The notes under the pieces are model-generated. The model searched no databases and was not told the DNA's origin. It saw only the letters and a list, made by a program, of their open reading frames with translations. From the NCBI GenBank assembly GCA_026025795.1, contig JAPEUG010000114.1, forward strand, positions 1 to 43,144: 43,144 bases of DNA, given 5' to 3'. Origin of the DNA: Thelocarpon superellum (taxonomy: Eukaryota). The position numbers and the translations under genes were made by a program. Positions 10,783-21,985 of the stretch are shown here, one piece after another (positions within the stretch are counted from its first letter, which is position 1; each line of letters begins with the position of its first letter).

Positions 10783-13700
10783 TCACTCGTCGATCGTCAT
10801 GCGATCTTCACCCCCGTCTCCCCTCTTCCGCGCCGCGCCTTCTCGCAACTTACTCAACGCGCCTTCCATCCTCTTTGAGCCTTTTCCCTTCCCAGTGCTC
10901 GCACTCCCCCCGTTTCTGCCCGACTCCGTTCCCCTGGCACCCAGGCCGACGCCGCCGGCGAAGAAGCCGGTGATGTTCGCCTGCGTGCCCTCTCTCTCTC
11001 GGCGATTCATGTCCCGGATGACAGGGACCAAGACCTCGTCCGTGCGTTCCTGCGTCCATCCGATGGTAGCCATCAGGAAGGAGCGCAGGCTGTCCAGGTC
11101 CGGCACGCCCCACTTGAACGCGTCGGCGCTCGAGTCGACCTCCGGCTCCAGATAGGCCTGGGTGACGGCGGGCGAGGGAAAGCCGGGCGGGAGGAAGATG
11201 CGGGAGGCGTTGCGGCGGAACTTGGTCCGGAACTTGGACGCAGTCGTCTCGGGCTCGTTTCGCTGTGCCCGTGCCCACCATTCTTTGAACTCGGTGAGGC
11301 CCGTCGCGGACGGGAATTCAGACACGATCTCGACGGCGGTCACGGGCCCGATGCTCGGGATGCCCTCGGTGTAGTCGCTCCCGAGCAGATGGGCAATGTG
11401 GATCATCTTGCGCCGGTCTAGGTCGAATTCTTTCTCGAGGTCGCTGAGCAGGTAGCATTCCACGAATTTGGCCTGGTTGAACATGTTCTTGTACACGCGT
11501 GTGCCGCCGAAGAGGAAAATGTCCGAGTCGTCCGTCACGATGCCGTCGACCAGCCCGAGCTTCACCAGCTCGGCGCATTGCGCTTCGGCTTCCATCGGCG
11601 CCGTGATATACGGGATCCCGAAGAGCTTGAGCAGTTGCTGGCACTCCGTGACCATGATCTGGCTCACTTCGTCTGCGTCACGTCGGTCTTTTTTCTGCTG
11701 GTTGCGTAGCGCTCGGAGGTCTCGCTCGTAGTCTTCGTGATTCTGTGAGGTCGATTTGTGGTTCAGTTCGGATGCGAATCGTGCGTGTTCTTCGGCTTCC
11801 ACCGCCAGCTGTCGCATCAGTTCGTCGTCTTCTGGGTCCGAATAGTCGTCTTCCGCTTCCTCTACTTCTTCCACCGGCGCTTGATCGAAGGAGTCGTCGA
11901 TTGGCAGAGGGGGCGCTGTCGTGGACGCAGATTGTCGTTCTTGTCCGTCCTCCTGGACTACTTCTTCCCATTCCACTTCTTCATGGTCACTCTCCTCGGA
12001 CACGGGCTGTCTCATATGTCCGTTCTTTTGCGTTGCTTCTTCGTCGCTCGCTTCCCACTCCACCTCTGCAGAGTCGATTTCCACCTCAGGGCCAACCTCC
12101 ACCTCAGGGCCAGTTTGCACCTCAGGGACAACCTCCACCCTAGGGCCGGTCTCCACCGGCGGGACAGGCTCTTCAACCCTCGACTCCATTGGTACATCAA
12201 CCATGTCAACACTTTCATCGTCGCTCGCGACATCATCGACATTGATGACATGCGGTGTTCGTCGAAGAAGGTCCCTCTCTCTTTCCCTCGTCGTATCGAG
12301 ATCCACCTGGCGCTGTCGTTCTTCAAATTCTTGTTGGGCCGCGGCATCCTTTTGGACGTCTCCCGAAAACCAGGGCGGAAGTGGTTTTGCGGGTGGAGGC
12401 TGCTCCTCGGTATCTTTGAGAAACCCGCCAGCTTCGTCGACGGTGTCTGCTGCATCTTCGGTATCTCGGGCCACGTCACTCCCCGCACCAGGCTTTGCCT
12501 TCTTCGCACCCAGTAGTGACTTGCTAAAGTCTAGCTTTTCGAATGGCAACGGACCTCCAAATGCTTTTGCTTTGACCGTCTTTGGCTGCGATGAGGAAAG
12601 TTCTGGTTGGAAAATCGACATGTTCTTTGCATGGATGTCCCGAGACGCGGCCATGGCATTTTGGACATCAACATCCTCGTCTGGACGGGGAGAAGGTTTC
12701 TGTGCAGCGGCCAGACTTCGTTTGTTCGCCACGTGGGCAATTGATATCCCGCTGCCACCGCGGAATGGTGTTGGCGGAACAGGCGTGGACTGCTTGAGAT
12801 CGACTATCCTCACTCGGTCTTCTCCCTCCTTTACTTCGGCCTTTTCATTTCCATCTTGCAATGACATGGCAATGGCTCGATGGAGAGCTTCTTCTTCTTC
12901 TTCTTCTTCTTCTTCATCGTCCTCGGACCGATCGCGCTCCACGAACAAATCGTCCACGTGCACGTCTTTCCCCGTGTCCCCTCCGTCCCCAACGAACAAC
13001 GAATCAGGATCTCCCGTCTCCCGGCCATACTCCGGAACTCGAGATTCGTACACGGCGCGGCGCTTCCGACCAATCTCCCGTTGTTCATGGCCGTCGACAT
13101 GCCTGCGCTTGGGAAGACGATTCAGCCCCTCGATTGGCACATCCTCAAAAGCGTCGTCCTCGTTCGCATCGTCGTCTTCCTCTTCCTCCACCTCTTGCAT
13201 CTGGTGGAGACGATCGACGTCGATGGGCTTACTTCGTTGACCCTCCTCCTTGTTCGTGACGACGCCCAAGGCCCACCCGCCCTCGACGCCGTCATTCTTC
13301 ACCAACACGTACTCCCTTCCTTTCTCGCCCGCCACCCGGCCCACTCCCTTGGCACCATACATGGGATCCTCGCCGTTCATGCCGTTGAGGTTCATCAGCC
13401 GTTGCGTCAAGTCATTGCGTTCGGCCACCCGCTCGATCTGGAAGCGCGAGAAGGCCATGCGATCAGGAAACATCGAGTCCAGCTGGTCCTTGGAGTATCC
13501 CATGCGTAAGCGGGAGCGGAGGCGTGCGGCATTGAGGATGTTGTATCGGTCGGAGGCGGGCAGGGACATGAAAAACGGCGAGTTAAAGTCGATCTTGGAA
13601 AAGTCATAGAGGTTGATGTCCTCGCCACTGTTGAACTGTCGGGCGTATTCCTGCAGCTCCTCCTGCGACATGATGCGCGGATCATCTGGCGCGCCCAGGT

Positions 13701-14256
13701 TGTGCATGGAGTCATCCAGGTCCGGCAGATGGTAGGCGTCCTTCTTCTTGAACCGCCGGGACCGCTGCCGTTCCTCCGCCGTCATGTACATCTCCTCGAC
13801 GTAGACCGGATGCTCCGGCACCGCCTCTTCCTCGGCGTCCGCCGCGCCCGGGGCCGGCGGTGGTCGATGGCGCTCCTGCTTCCGCCGCTCGGCCTCCTCT
13901 TCGGCCCGGCGTTGCATCTGCAGGGCCAGCAGCTTCCCTGCCGTCCGCACGGCATCTTCTCGTCGGCCCTCGCGGCGTCGCTTGCGGCCGGCGATGGTCT
14001 GGCGCTTGAGCGCGGGCGCGCCGCCGTCAAAGACAAAGACGGGCTTGATGCCGAAGAACAGCAGCTTGCAGATGCGGCGGAAGAAGCCGACGACGTGGCT
14101 GTTGCGCAGGGCATTCCCTTCCTTGTCGCGCACCGCCTTGAGGAACTGGTAGATCCAGATGGAGGCGTCCACGGCGAGACGCTTCTTGTTCAGCGTCTCG
14201 AGCCGGATGGGACGCGCGCAGGGCTGGACGACGGTCCAGAGCCCGGTGACACCCAT
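10783..14256 (-). CDS. RAD2: XPG/Rad2 nucleotide excision repair endonuclease, intronless, about 1157 aa
   Basis: XPG-N (MGVTGLW..LAVDASIWIYQF..KPVFVFDG), acidic spacer with UIM-like EALHRAIAMSL, XPG-I (APMEAEAQCA, TDDSDIFLFG) and H3TH (LLGSDYTEGIPSIGPV). Confidence 0.95.
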   Translation of the reverse strand: MGVTGLWTVVQPCARPIRLETLNKKRLAVDASIWIYQFLKAVRDKEGNALRNSHVVGFFRRICKLLFFGIKPVFVFDGGAPALKRQTIAGRKRRREGRREDAVRTAGKLLALQMQRRAEEEAERRKQERHRPPPAPGAADAEEEAVPEHPVYVEEMYMTAEERQRSRRFKKKDAYHLPDLDDSMHNLGAPDDPRIMSQEELQEYARQFNSGEDINLYDFSKIDFNSPFFMSLPASDRYNILNAARLRSRLRMGYSKDQLDSMFPDRMAFSRFQIERVAERNDLTQRLMNLNGMNGEDPMYGAKGVGRVAGEKGREYVLVKNDGVEGGWALGVVTNKEEGQRSKPIDVDRLHQMQEVEEEEDDDANEDDAFEDVPIEGLNRLPKRRHVDGHEQREIGRKRRAVYESRVPEYGRETGDPDSLFVGDGGDTGKDVHVDDLFVERDRSEDDEEEEEEEEEALHRAIAMSLQDGNEKAEVKEGEDRVRIVDLKQSTPVPPTPFRGGSGISIAHVANKRSLAAAQKPSPRPDEDVDVQNAMAASRDIHAKNMSIFQPELSSSQPKTVKAKAFGGPLPFEKLDFSKSLLGAKKAKPGAGSDVARDTEDAADTVDEAGGFLKDTEEQPPPAKPLPPWFSGDVQKDAAAQQEFEERQRQVDLDTTRERERDLLRRTPHVINVDDVASDDESVDMVDVPMESRVEEPVPPVETGPRVEVVPEVQTGPEVEVGPEVEIDSAEVEWEASDEEATQKNGHMRQPVSEESDHEEVEWEEVVQEDGQERQSASTTAPPLPIDDSFDQAPVEEVEEAEDDYSDPEDDELMRQLAVEAEEHARFASELNHKSTSQNHEDYERDLRALRNQQKKDRRDADEVSQIMVTECQQLLKLFGIPYITAPMEAEAQCAELVKLGLVDGIVTDDSDIFLFGGTRVYKNMFNQAKFVECYLLSDLEKEFDLDRRKMIHIAHLLGSDYTEGIPSIGPVTAVEIVSEFPSATGLTEFKEWWARAQRNEPETTASKFRTKFRRNASRIFLPPGFPSPAVTQAYLEPEVDSSADAFKWGVPDLDSLRSFLMATIGWTQERTDEVLVPVIRDMNRREREGTQANITGFFAGGVGLGARGTESGRNGGSASTGKGKGSKRMEGALSKLREGAARKRGDGGEDRMTIDE

Positions 14257-14965
14257 GGTGAGGCTGGTGGCGACCGGGCCGATCTCGTGGAAGAGTTGGG
14301 GGACCAAGGTGGGGGACCCCCCGGTCACGGGGCCCCGACGGCGCGATGACGCCTGGTCACGTTACTTCGCGATGACAACGACCCATCCATTTTGCTCGCA
14401 CGCGGCCACGATCGCCCTCGCAGGGAACAATCCCCTTGTCCGGACGCATCGCAGGCTTACCGCAACATTGCGTTGAGGAGGGATCAGATCATGGCGTCCC
14501 TCAAGTCTGCCTATCTAAGTACAGAGCGTCACGGTGTGGACAGTGGGTGTCTGGTGTTGGCCACGACCACGGTCGAAGGGAAAGCCATCAACGCCAGCCC
14601 CTCCTATGGACCCCAACATCCTTCATCATCGCCTCAGAAACACCTGTTCTCATGATTCATGCCCAAATCGTCCATGATCGCGCCCATCACATTGCTTCCC
14701 CCCGTCACCGATCTTCCTGCCACGTCCATCCATGTGCACCTCACATTGACGTCCACCCTCACTCTGTCTGTCTCACCCTGGGTATGCTTATGGCGTCGCC
14801 ATCCAAGCGGGCGTCGCCTCAGACCACGGACGGGATCCTCCGTTTCTGCGGTCGTCGACGCGGTAGATGGACTCTGCGCCCATGTGATCGACACCTCCAG
14901 CCTGATCAATCGGTCGGGCCGGGCCGGGCCAGCACGCTCGCGCGACATAAGGAAGGACGCCTGGA

Positions 14966-16725
14966 CTAATAACTCTGTGGACCACCCGAAAAGGCCGGCT
15001 AGGTGACGATCTGCGTTAGCACTAGATCCCATGTCACCGCCACCGCCACCGCCACCGCTGGCACATCACTCACCGGGCTATTCAACAATGTATTGCGTTT
15101 ATTCCGGCTCTTCTTGATGTGACTCTTGAGCGCGCTCGAGTCGAGCGGCTTGAGCAATTCAAAGCTGCAGAGGAGCTCGCCCGAGACGGACATGACGGCC
15201 CCCCAATTGTCAAATTCACCGCAGTACTGTTGCGACGTCAGCACCGCTCCACGCATCGCCGAGGGAGAGCGCCTACGTTGGGGGCGGAGAAGACGGTGAC
15301 GAGGATGCGGTCGTTGAAGAACTCGTAGCCATCCTCCACCACCATGTGCGCGCGACACACCAGGTCGAAGTCGTGTCGCTGCAGGAAATCCATAATGACC
15401 TTCTTGCCGAAGCAGTAGCTCACGCCGCGCTCGTTGGCCTCCCAGTCCGACTCCATGTCGGCGGGATCGCTCCACAGCAGATCGTTGAGGAGGCCGTAGT
15501 CCGGCACATCCGTCGGCCGCGCAATCTGTCGGATGTCGTCCATGTGCGTCAGCGAGGGCGACAGGCCGCCGTGCACGCAGAAGATCTTGCCCGCCACGAT
15601 GGAGGCGATGGGCAGGGTGTTGAAGGTGTCGATGAAGCCTTTCCAGATCTTGATGTTGCACCGTCGCTTGCACTCGTCGTAGAAGCCGTACACCCGCGTC
15701 ACGTTGGCGCACTCGTGGTTGCCGCGCAGCAGGAAGAAGTTCTCGGGAAACTTGAGCTTATAGCACAGCAGGAGCAAGATCGTCTCCAGGCTCTGTTTGC
15801 CCCGGTCCACATAGTCGCCGAGGAAGAGGTAGTTGGCGTTGGGCGGAAAGCCGCACATCTCGAAGAGGCGGATCAGGTCCGTGTACTGGCCGTGCACATC
15901 GCCGACGATCTTCACCGGCGGCGAGAGCTCCACCAGCGCCGGCTGCGACAAGAACACCTCCCGCGCCGCGGCGCACACCGCCGTGATCTCGGCGTTCTTG
16001 AGACAGACGGCCTTGGTGACCTTGCCCGCATAGCCGGCGTCCAGCAGCCGACTGATCATGTCGTCCAGGTCGATGGACCGCAGCGCCCCGATACCCATCG
16101 TGGGGGACCCGCTCGTCGCCGAGTCTTCGCGTGTGATGGCCGGCGGCGCCGAGGGCGACCGCGGCGTGGCCGTGTTATCTCTCTTGAGGAGAATGGACTC
16201 CTTGGCTTGCTGGGTATGCGAGGGATAGATGGCCCCCGTGGGCGGGCCATCGGAGATGTTGTCGACCTCGCCGCTCTGCTGCGCCGGACCTACTCCCTGG
16301 TGACCGCGGCCGAGCGAGGCGGACTGCGACGGCGATGGCGGCGGCTCGGGCGAGTAGGCGCGTGACGTCCGCTGGCTGGCGGGTCCGTCGTGTGTCGGGG
16401 CGTGGATGGCGGAACCCGACAGGGCCCGGTGCGGTTTGCCGTCGGCCTTGGGCCCCGACGACGGTCGACCCGATGTTGCCTCGGCACGGTCGACGGCTCC
16501 TCCATTTGCAGCGGCGGAGAGCGCGGTCGAGGAGGCGCGCGGGCTGTCGGTCCGGGCGTTGCCAGGAATCTTGGAGCGGATGGAGCCACGCAAGGAGCGG
16601 GAGGACTCTCGCGTATCGGACTTGCTGAAGGACGGATAAGATTCAAAGCCATCGCTGGAGGTGCGATCAGGTGACGACTGGTTCGACGCCGAGGCACCCC
16701 CCTTCTTCGAGGGAGCATTGCCCAT
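14966..16725 (-). CDS. PPZ1: PPZ-type Ser/Thr protein phosphatase; introns 15227-15276 and 14999-15073
   Basis: MGNAPSK myristoylation-type start and long Ser/Pro-rich N-terminus. PPP motifs [31 protein letters not shown] and spliced [16 protein letters not shown]. Ends [10 protein letters not shown]. Confidence 0.93.
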
Positions 16726-18082
16726 GGTTGGGAGAGTCGCAGGGCGTTATGGTGCGTGAACGAGTGTGGAGAGGACACAAAGGAAACGCGCTTCGAGAAG
16801 GGCAGCCTGAATGACCGTCACGATTGTCCTCGTGCCGAGACCGATGCACGGAGCCGGTGGAGTCCGAGATGCCTCGTCTCCGTCAGCGATACCACCCGGC
16901 CTGGCTGTCCCCGTGCGCCGAAGGGGCACCCGATGAATCTACTCCCGGGAATCTCGCACGAGCCGCCGAGGAGAGGAAACGATCTCGACCGTGCCCATGC
17001 ACGAGGGGCGATTCGACTCGGGTGGGAAATCGATCCTGGCTAGCGTCTTTGCACTGACGGCTGCTCGATGGACGCAGCGGTGGGGCCAAGGCGGGGGGCC
17101 CGGGTGCAGACTCTGGAAGATGGCGATGCCTCTGCTTGTGCCGTTGCGAGATCGGCGACAGGCACAGTCCGCTGGAGGATGGAAGAGAAGCGTGCTGACG
17201 GGAGCAGGTTGTGCATGCAATGCAAAACGAACGACGGCCCAAAGATGTGAGCGATGGACGAGGGAGCGGACAGGCGGATGGGACGGGGTCAATGGCCGGA
17301 TAGTGTGGGTGGTCTGCGTCACAAAGGGAGCGGCAGCAGGGATAGGGTGAAGCTGCGAACGAGAGGAGGGAGTGCGTGCCTGGCTTTGGTCAGCAGAGGG
17401 CGGTGCTGGACAGTTGCAGTGACGACGATGGTGGTGGTGATGACAATGATAGGCAGTCGACGGCGTCGTTCGTGCACTTCAGAAGCACAGTCGTAACGAG
17501 TTTGGCGTAACTACAGCCCGAGTGACGAGGAACAGCGGAGACCACGGACTTTCGGACTACGGACTGCAAGAACTGCCGATCCAGGAGGCCAACCGGCCAA
17601 TTGGCGACGCCAGCGCATCCGGCAGCGGCGGAGGAATGGAAGTCGACACGACCAAGCTCGACTCCCGGGTAAGCCAGTGGAAGGCTCTCTGACTCAGCCA
17701 TCGGTGCCCCCTCCGATATCGCGCTGGTCCGGCACGTTGTGATCTACTGCTGCGTGTCCGCACCTAGACCAGTTACGTGCATGCGTGACTTGCGCACAGC
17801 AATTGCATGGACATATTGCAGAGATGAGCGTCATACTAAGACGGACTCCATGGCTGCTCCCAATCGGAGGTTGAATTGAACGGCTGACGTCAAGCGCTTC
17901 GTCATCGGTAGCAGAGTAGCCCGCTCGTGGGGACCTCCGTGATGACCGAACGCAACCGTAAATCCGAGGACGTCTCCGAACTCGAAAAGCCGTTAGCTCC
18001 GAGCGAGACGTTCTCTGTCCCTCCGTGCAGCTATGAGTCTACCCATGCCCGCCGCATCATCCGTCCGGACCGTCCTCCCCCA

Positions 18083-18577
18083 CTAGAGCTCGCCCTCGAC
18101 CTCAATCTTGGTGATATGGTGACCAGGCACGACGACGAGGCCCATGTACCGACTGGCCATGTCCATCTTGATCATCGGGTCGCCCGATGCCTGGGCCGTC
18201 TCCGCCGCGGCCGCGACGGCGGAGACCGAGGGCGGGCGGTATTCATGCGTTCCGGCCAAGATGACATTACGGTCCTGTTGGGAGGGGAGACACGTTAGCG
18301 TCTGTCCTTTGCCGACGCGATACGCCATTCGAGTCTCTTCAAGTTTCTGCACTGACTGTACATGTATCGACTGTACATGTATCCCCGATTCGCCAAACGG
18401 GAGATGTCCCAAATATTCCTCGGGGCATCGAGACGGCAGGTGAGAGGAGGGGGCGAAGCGACGCACCCTGTCTGTACATTTCATCTCGCCCACGAAGACG
18501 CGAGTGTCCGTTGTGGTGACGCGAAGGCGTTTGCCCAGAATGGAGGTGAGGAAGTTGACAGCCTGGGTCTGGTCCAT
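18083..18577 (-). CDS. Sm-fold protein, probably the NatC auxiliary subunit Mak31/Naa38 (LSMD1); intron 18275-18466
   Basis: Sm1 motif (LGKRLRVTTTDTRVFVGEMKCTDR|DRNVIL) and Sm2 motif (SRYMGLVVVPGHHITKIEV). Removing the GTGCGT..GCTAAC..CAG intron restores a contiguous Sm1. Confidence 0.8.
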   Translation of the reverse strand: MDQTQAVNFLTSILGKRLRVTTTDTRVFVGEMKCTDRVRRFAPSSHLPSRCPEEYLGHLPFGESGIHVQSIHVQSVQKLEETRMAYRVGKGQTLTCLPSQQDRNVILAGTHEYRPPSVSAVAAAAETAQASGDPMIKMDMASRYMGLVVVPGHHITKIEVEGEL

Positions 18578-19052
18578 TGTCCATGGTCCTTACCGATCCA
18601 TCGGCCGAGAGTGCTTGATGACGGGTGGACAAGCGGGGAAACATGCAGCCAGGAACTACGAGCACAGGTCGCTGCCCCATCGACTTCAAACTCGGGCATC
18701 TTCGCGGACATCTTCGCGAGCACGTGGGGAAGGTGGGGCAGGCGACGACCATGTTACAGTAGTACTGTATGTACGGGCCCATTATTACATAATCACATCG
18801 TCCTGCTCGGTGAGGCTCGGCCGTCTCGGTGGCTATGAGAATGAGAGGCCTCCACGGCAATGGTCCACGGAACAAGCATACACGAGACAGGTAACTAGGC
18901 CTTTGTTGCAGAGAAAGCCCCAGGGCTGATTAGGTCATGGCGCCAAGACCACTTCACGCGCACCGCGTACATCGTACATGTAAAGACGATGATCAGGCCG
19001 ACGCACAACGGAGGAAGAGAGCGCGAGATAAACGGTGGGAGGGGCATGGAAC

Positions 19053-20281
19053 CTAGGCTGCCACGGCTCGCTCCTCCTCCCGCCCTCGCTGCTCGCCGTT
19101 GGCAGTGGCCGCCCCGCCGGCCGGCGTCTCCTCCTCGTCCTCCTCGTCCTCCTCGTCCTCCTCAGGCTGTGCAAAAGAACCGACACCGCCCTGGTGCTGG
19201 CTCGCGGGGACCCACAGGCCGGATTCGCGGTTCTCGAGCGGCTGGTCTTGGCCGGCCAGGTCAACGGCGTCGCCCGGAGTGTGGCGGTTGCGGCGGCGCT
19301 GCGACAGAGTGCGGGCACGGGTCGACAAGGTGGAGTGGACGGCGGCGTTCTGCGAGACCCAGTTGGTGAGGGCATCCTCGCAGTCCTGGATGATGGCCTT
19401 GCTGGCCTCGTAGCCGTCGTACGCCTCGCGGGTCTCGCCCGGGGTGACGGGAGTGTCATCGACCAGCTCCAAGAGATGCTTGCCGTAGCCGGCGATGATG
19501 GCCACCTTCTCGGCATGCTCGCGCATGGCGTCGAACTGGTAGGCAAAGGCGGCCTTGAGCTTCTCGCGCGTGATGTTGGACAGCTGAGCCTCGGCCACGA
19601 GCGACTCGGCCTCGGCGCGCACGAGCTCCTGCTCGAGCACCACGATTTTCGGCGAGTCCGGCTCCTTGTACTTCAGCTGCGCGATGTGATCCGTAATCTT
19701 CTGCTTCCGGTCGCGACTGGGCTGGACCGAGGCCTCGATGTTGCGGATGCTCTTGACCGTCACCCGATACTGGTCGTAGCGATCGACGAATTGGTCCTCC
19801 AGCTCGCCAATCTCGTAGATCAAGACGCCGAGCTTGTCGGTCACGTCAGAGACGTCGTCGTCGCACGATTCGCCCCAGATGGAGATTTGTTGCTGGTGGC
19901 CATCAGTGGGCACCCATGGCCGAGAGCGCCTCTCACACGTACCGCAACCTCCATGCGCTCCTTGCCGACCAGCTCCATGCTGCGCATCACGTTCTTTTCC
20001 ATCTTGACCAGCTGTGACAGCTTCTTGGCCAGCTCCGGCCCAAAGGCGCCGGCGGTGTTCTTCCGAAAGGCATGGCCTACGCATCCGCGCCGTGTCAGCG
20101 CATCTGGGCCGCTGACCTGGACGTGGGATGGCGGCGAGCTCGGGCGGGGGTGGGATGATCACTCACCAATGGATCCTTTGCCGAAAAAGCGGCTCTTGGT
20201 CGACGATGTGGGCGGAGGAGGGTTCTGAAGCTGCGACGCCGTGGGCGCGCGCGATTGGCGCATGGAATAGGTGCGATGCAT
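19053..20281 (-). CDS. PIL1: Eisosome BAR-domain protein Pil1/Lsp1; introns 20077-20166 and 19893-19942
   Basis: MHRTYSMRQSRAPTASQLQNPPPP start, then AGAFGPELAKKLSQLVKMEKNV, DDDVSDVTDKLGVLIYE and LEQELVRAEAESLVAEAQLSN, closely matching yeast Pil1/Lsp1 as I know them. Confidence 0.93.
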
Positions 20282-20457
20282 GCTGGGTCGTCGTGGACGA
20301 AGCTCGACGGCCGTGAAGTGATGGGGGAGGCGCAAGCGTGATGCGACAGCGTCAAGCGGAGGGATGGTCGTGCACGTCGACGGCAATCGAGAGCAGGGCA
20401 AGTAGGCGAGGGGTGTTGGAGCTTGTGGGCCGCAGACAGGAGGCACTTGGTGGCAAC

Positions 20458-20491
20458 GGTGATGATGGTGATGGTGGTGATGATGGTGATG
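20458..20491. repeat. (GGT/GAT)n microsatellite upstream of PIL1
   Basis: ggtgatgatggtgatggtggtgatgatggtgatg. Confidence 0.7.
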
Positions 20492-21985
20492 CAGGAGAAC
20501 AGTCACCTTGGGGCAGGGATGTAGGGCGTATGTATGCAAGTGTGGCGGGTGCAGGTGCGGAGAGCACAGTCAGGTCGCTTCCGCATCTTGGGGGGGCGCC
20601 TCTTCGTCATCCCTGTGCCTCCGTGCCCGCCGGGCCCCCGTCCCCTCCGTCACTCGCCGTCACCACTGGTCAGCGACCGCGACTCAGCCACCGATCGCTT
20701 CCGTCGCCGCTCGCTCCTTTGCTCCCTCGCCCGGGTACGAGCAGCTACTCCGTACTACGGGTGCGAAGATCTCCGTCGGAGCTCCTACTACTGGCGCTGC
20801 CACCAATGACGTAGGGACCACAACACTGCGCGTAACTAACTAATCCTGTCCGGTCGTCGGTGCTACGACACGCGACGGCTTCACGACCAGTAGGAACCTC
20901 TCTAGCCGTCGCTGCGGTCGGTCTCCACGCCCCTCGCCGGCAGTCGGGGCCATCTCATCCCGGCACCTCCGCTACTGTCGTCTCAACACGTCGAGACGCA
21001 CGCCGCGGACCATCTGCAAGGGCCACAAAAACAGCGGCTGGAAGGGATGGCGCGGGAACGCGCGCATGTAGAACCCTGTTTTCGACTCAGGCACCAAGAT
21101 TCTCCTCAGTAGTCACAAGTAGACATGTTCAAATGCCCAATATGGATGGCAGAAGGCTCGCGGAGCTGGTGTCGCTGTCCCGCCAACGCCCTCCCACTGA
21201 TGACGTCGGGTCGCGCTTGTGCCCCAGTACAGGGGCCAAGGCACATGCAGTCCGCTCGCTTGTCTGGATCGAGACCATCTGGAGCGCTCCCGCATGCACA
21301 GAACGATTACTGCTGCCATGATGCTTCTCTTCATCATGGAAACTGGGCGTGCTTCCGCTTGGCCTTTATACATTCTCCGATAAAATCTGCGGTTAGGAGG
21401 ACTGTCGTGTATGACATCGGCCACACTCGGCGTTAGCTTGTCGTGATGGCGGCGGTGACGCGACCGTCAGGCCACAGCGAGGCGCCAAGCACCAACCGGC
21501 GACACACCGACAGGGTATGCCAGGCCACTAGCGCCACCGACTGCGTCATCCCGCGGCAAGTCAATCATGCCCGATCGTGCAGATGGCGGGAAGGGAGATT
21601 GATGGACAGATGTTGTCAGTGACAGAACCGGAACTAGCACCGCCGCATTACAAGTGCATCAGTCATACAGGGATGGCATACATGGTAACTGCTGATTCGT
21701 GGCTTCGTCCTGATCTGGGACACTTGCTGACTGAAAACGTCCCCGTTAGACTCCATCCGGCCCTACGCCCCTACGCCCTTGCAAACAGGACCTGAGCACC
21801 ATAACGAGCACAGTAACAAGCTACCTCTTCCGACCAAATCCGCCCACTAATCATCGTGCTGAACGTTGTCTCTCAGTGTCCCGTCCGTTCAAGTATGCTC
21901 CTTTCTCTGATCGGCCGTTGCATGTCGGGAATGATCATCGAAGCGGACAATCGTCATCGTGGCCCAGCCCGGTAAGCCAACAGGC

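Noticed and set aside
11758..13509. Long plus-strand ORFs (439, 252, 209 aa) inside RAD2
   Set aside because: Antisense shadows of a GC-rich acidic CDS; the poly-Ser/Phe/Leu runs mirror the Glu codons.
14392..15006. Overlapping ORFs between RAD2 and PPZ1
   Set aside because: No recognisable motifs; the region is best explained as PPZ1 3' UTR and RAD2 promoter.
15346..20228. Plus-strand ORFs of 339 aa (15346-16365) and 397 aa (19035-20228)
   Set aside because: They lie antisense to codon-biased PPZ1 and PIL1 and show no recognisable domain.
1710..20281. SUR7-family and PIL1 genes as an eisosome cluster
   Set aside because: They are 16 kb apart with unrelated genes between, and the SUR7-family protein is not shown to be the eisosomal orthologue.
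21113..21424. 103-aa minus-strand ORF with a CTAAC..CAG acceptor-like site
   Set aside because: No convincing donor or homology signal.
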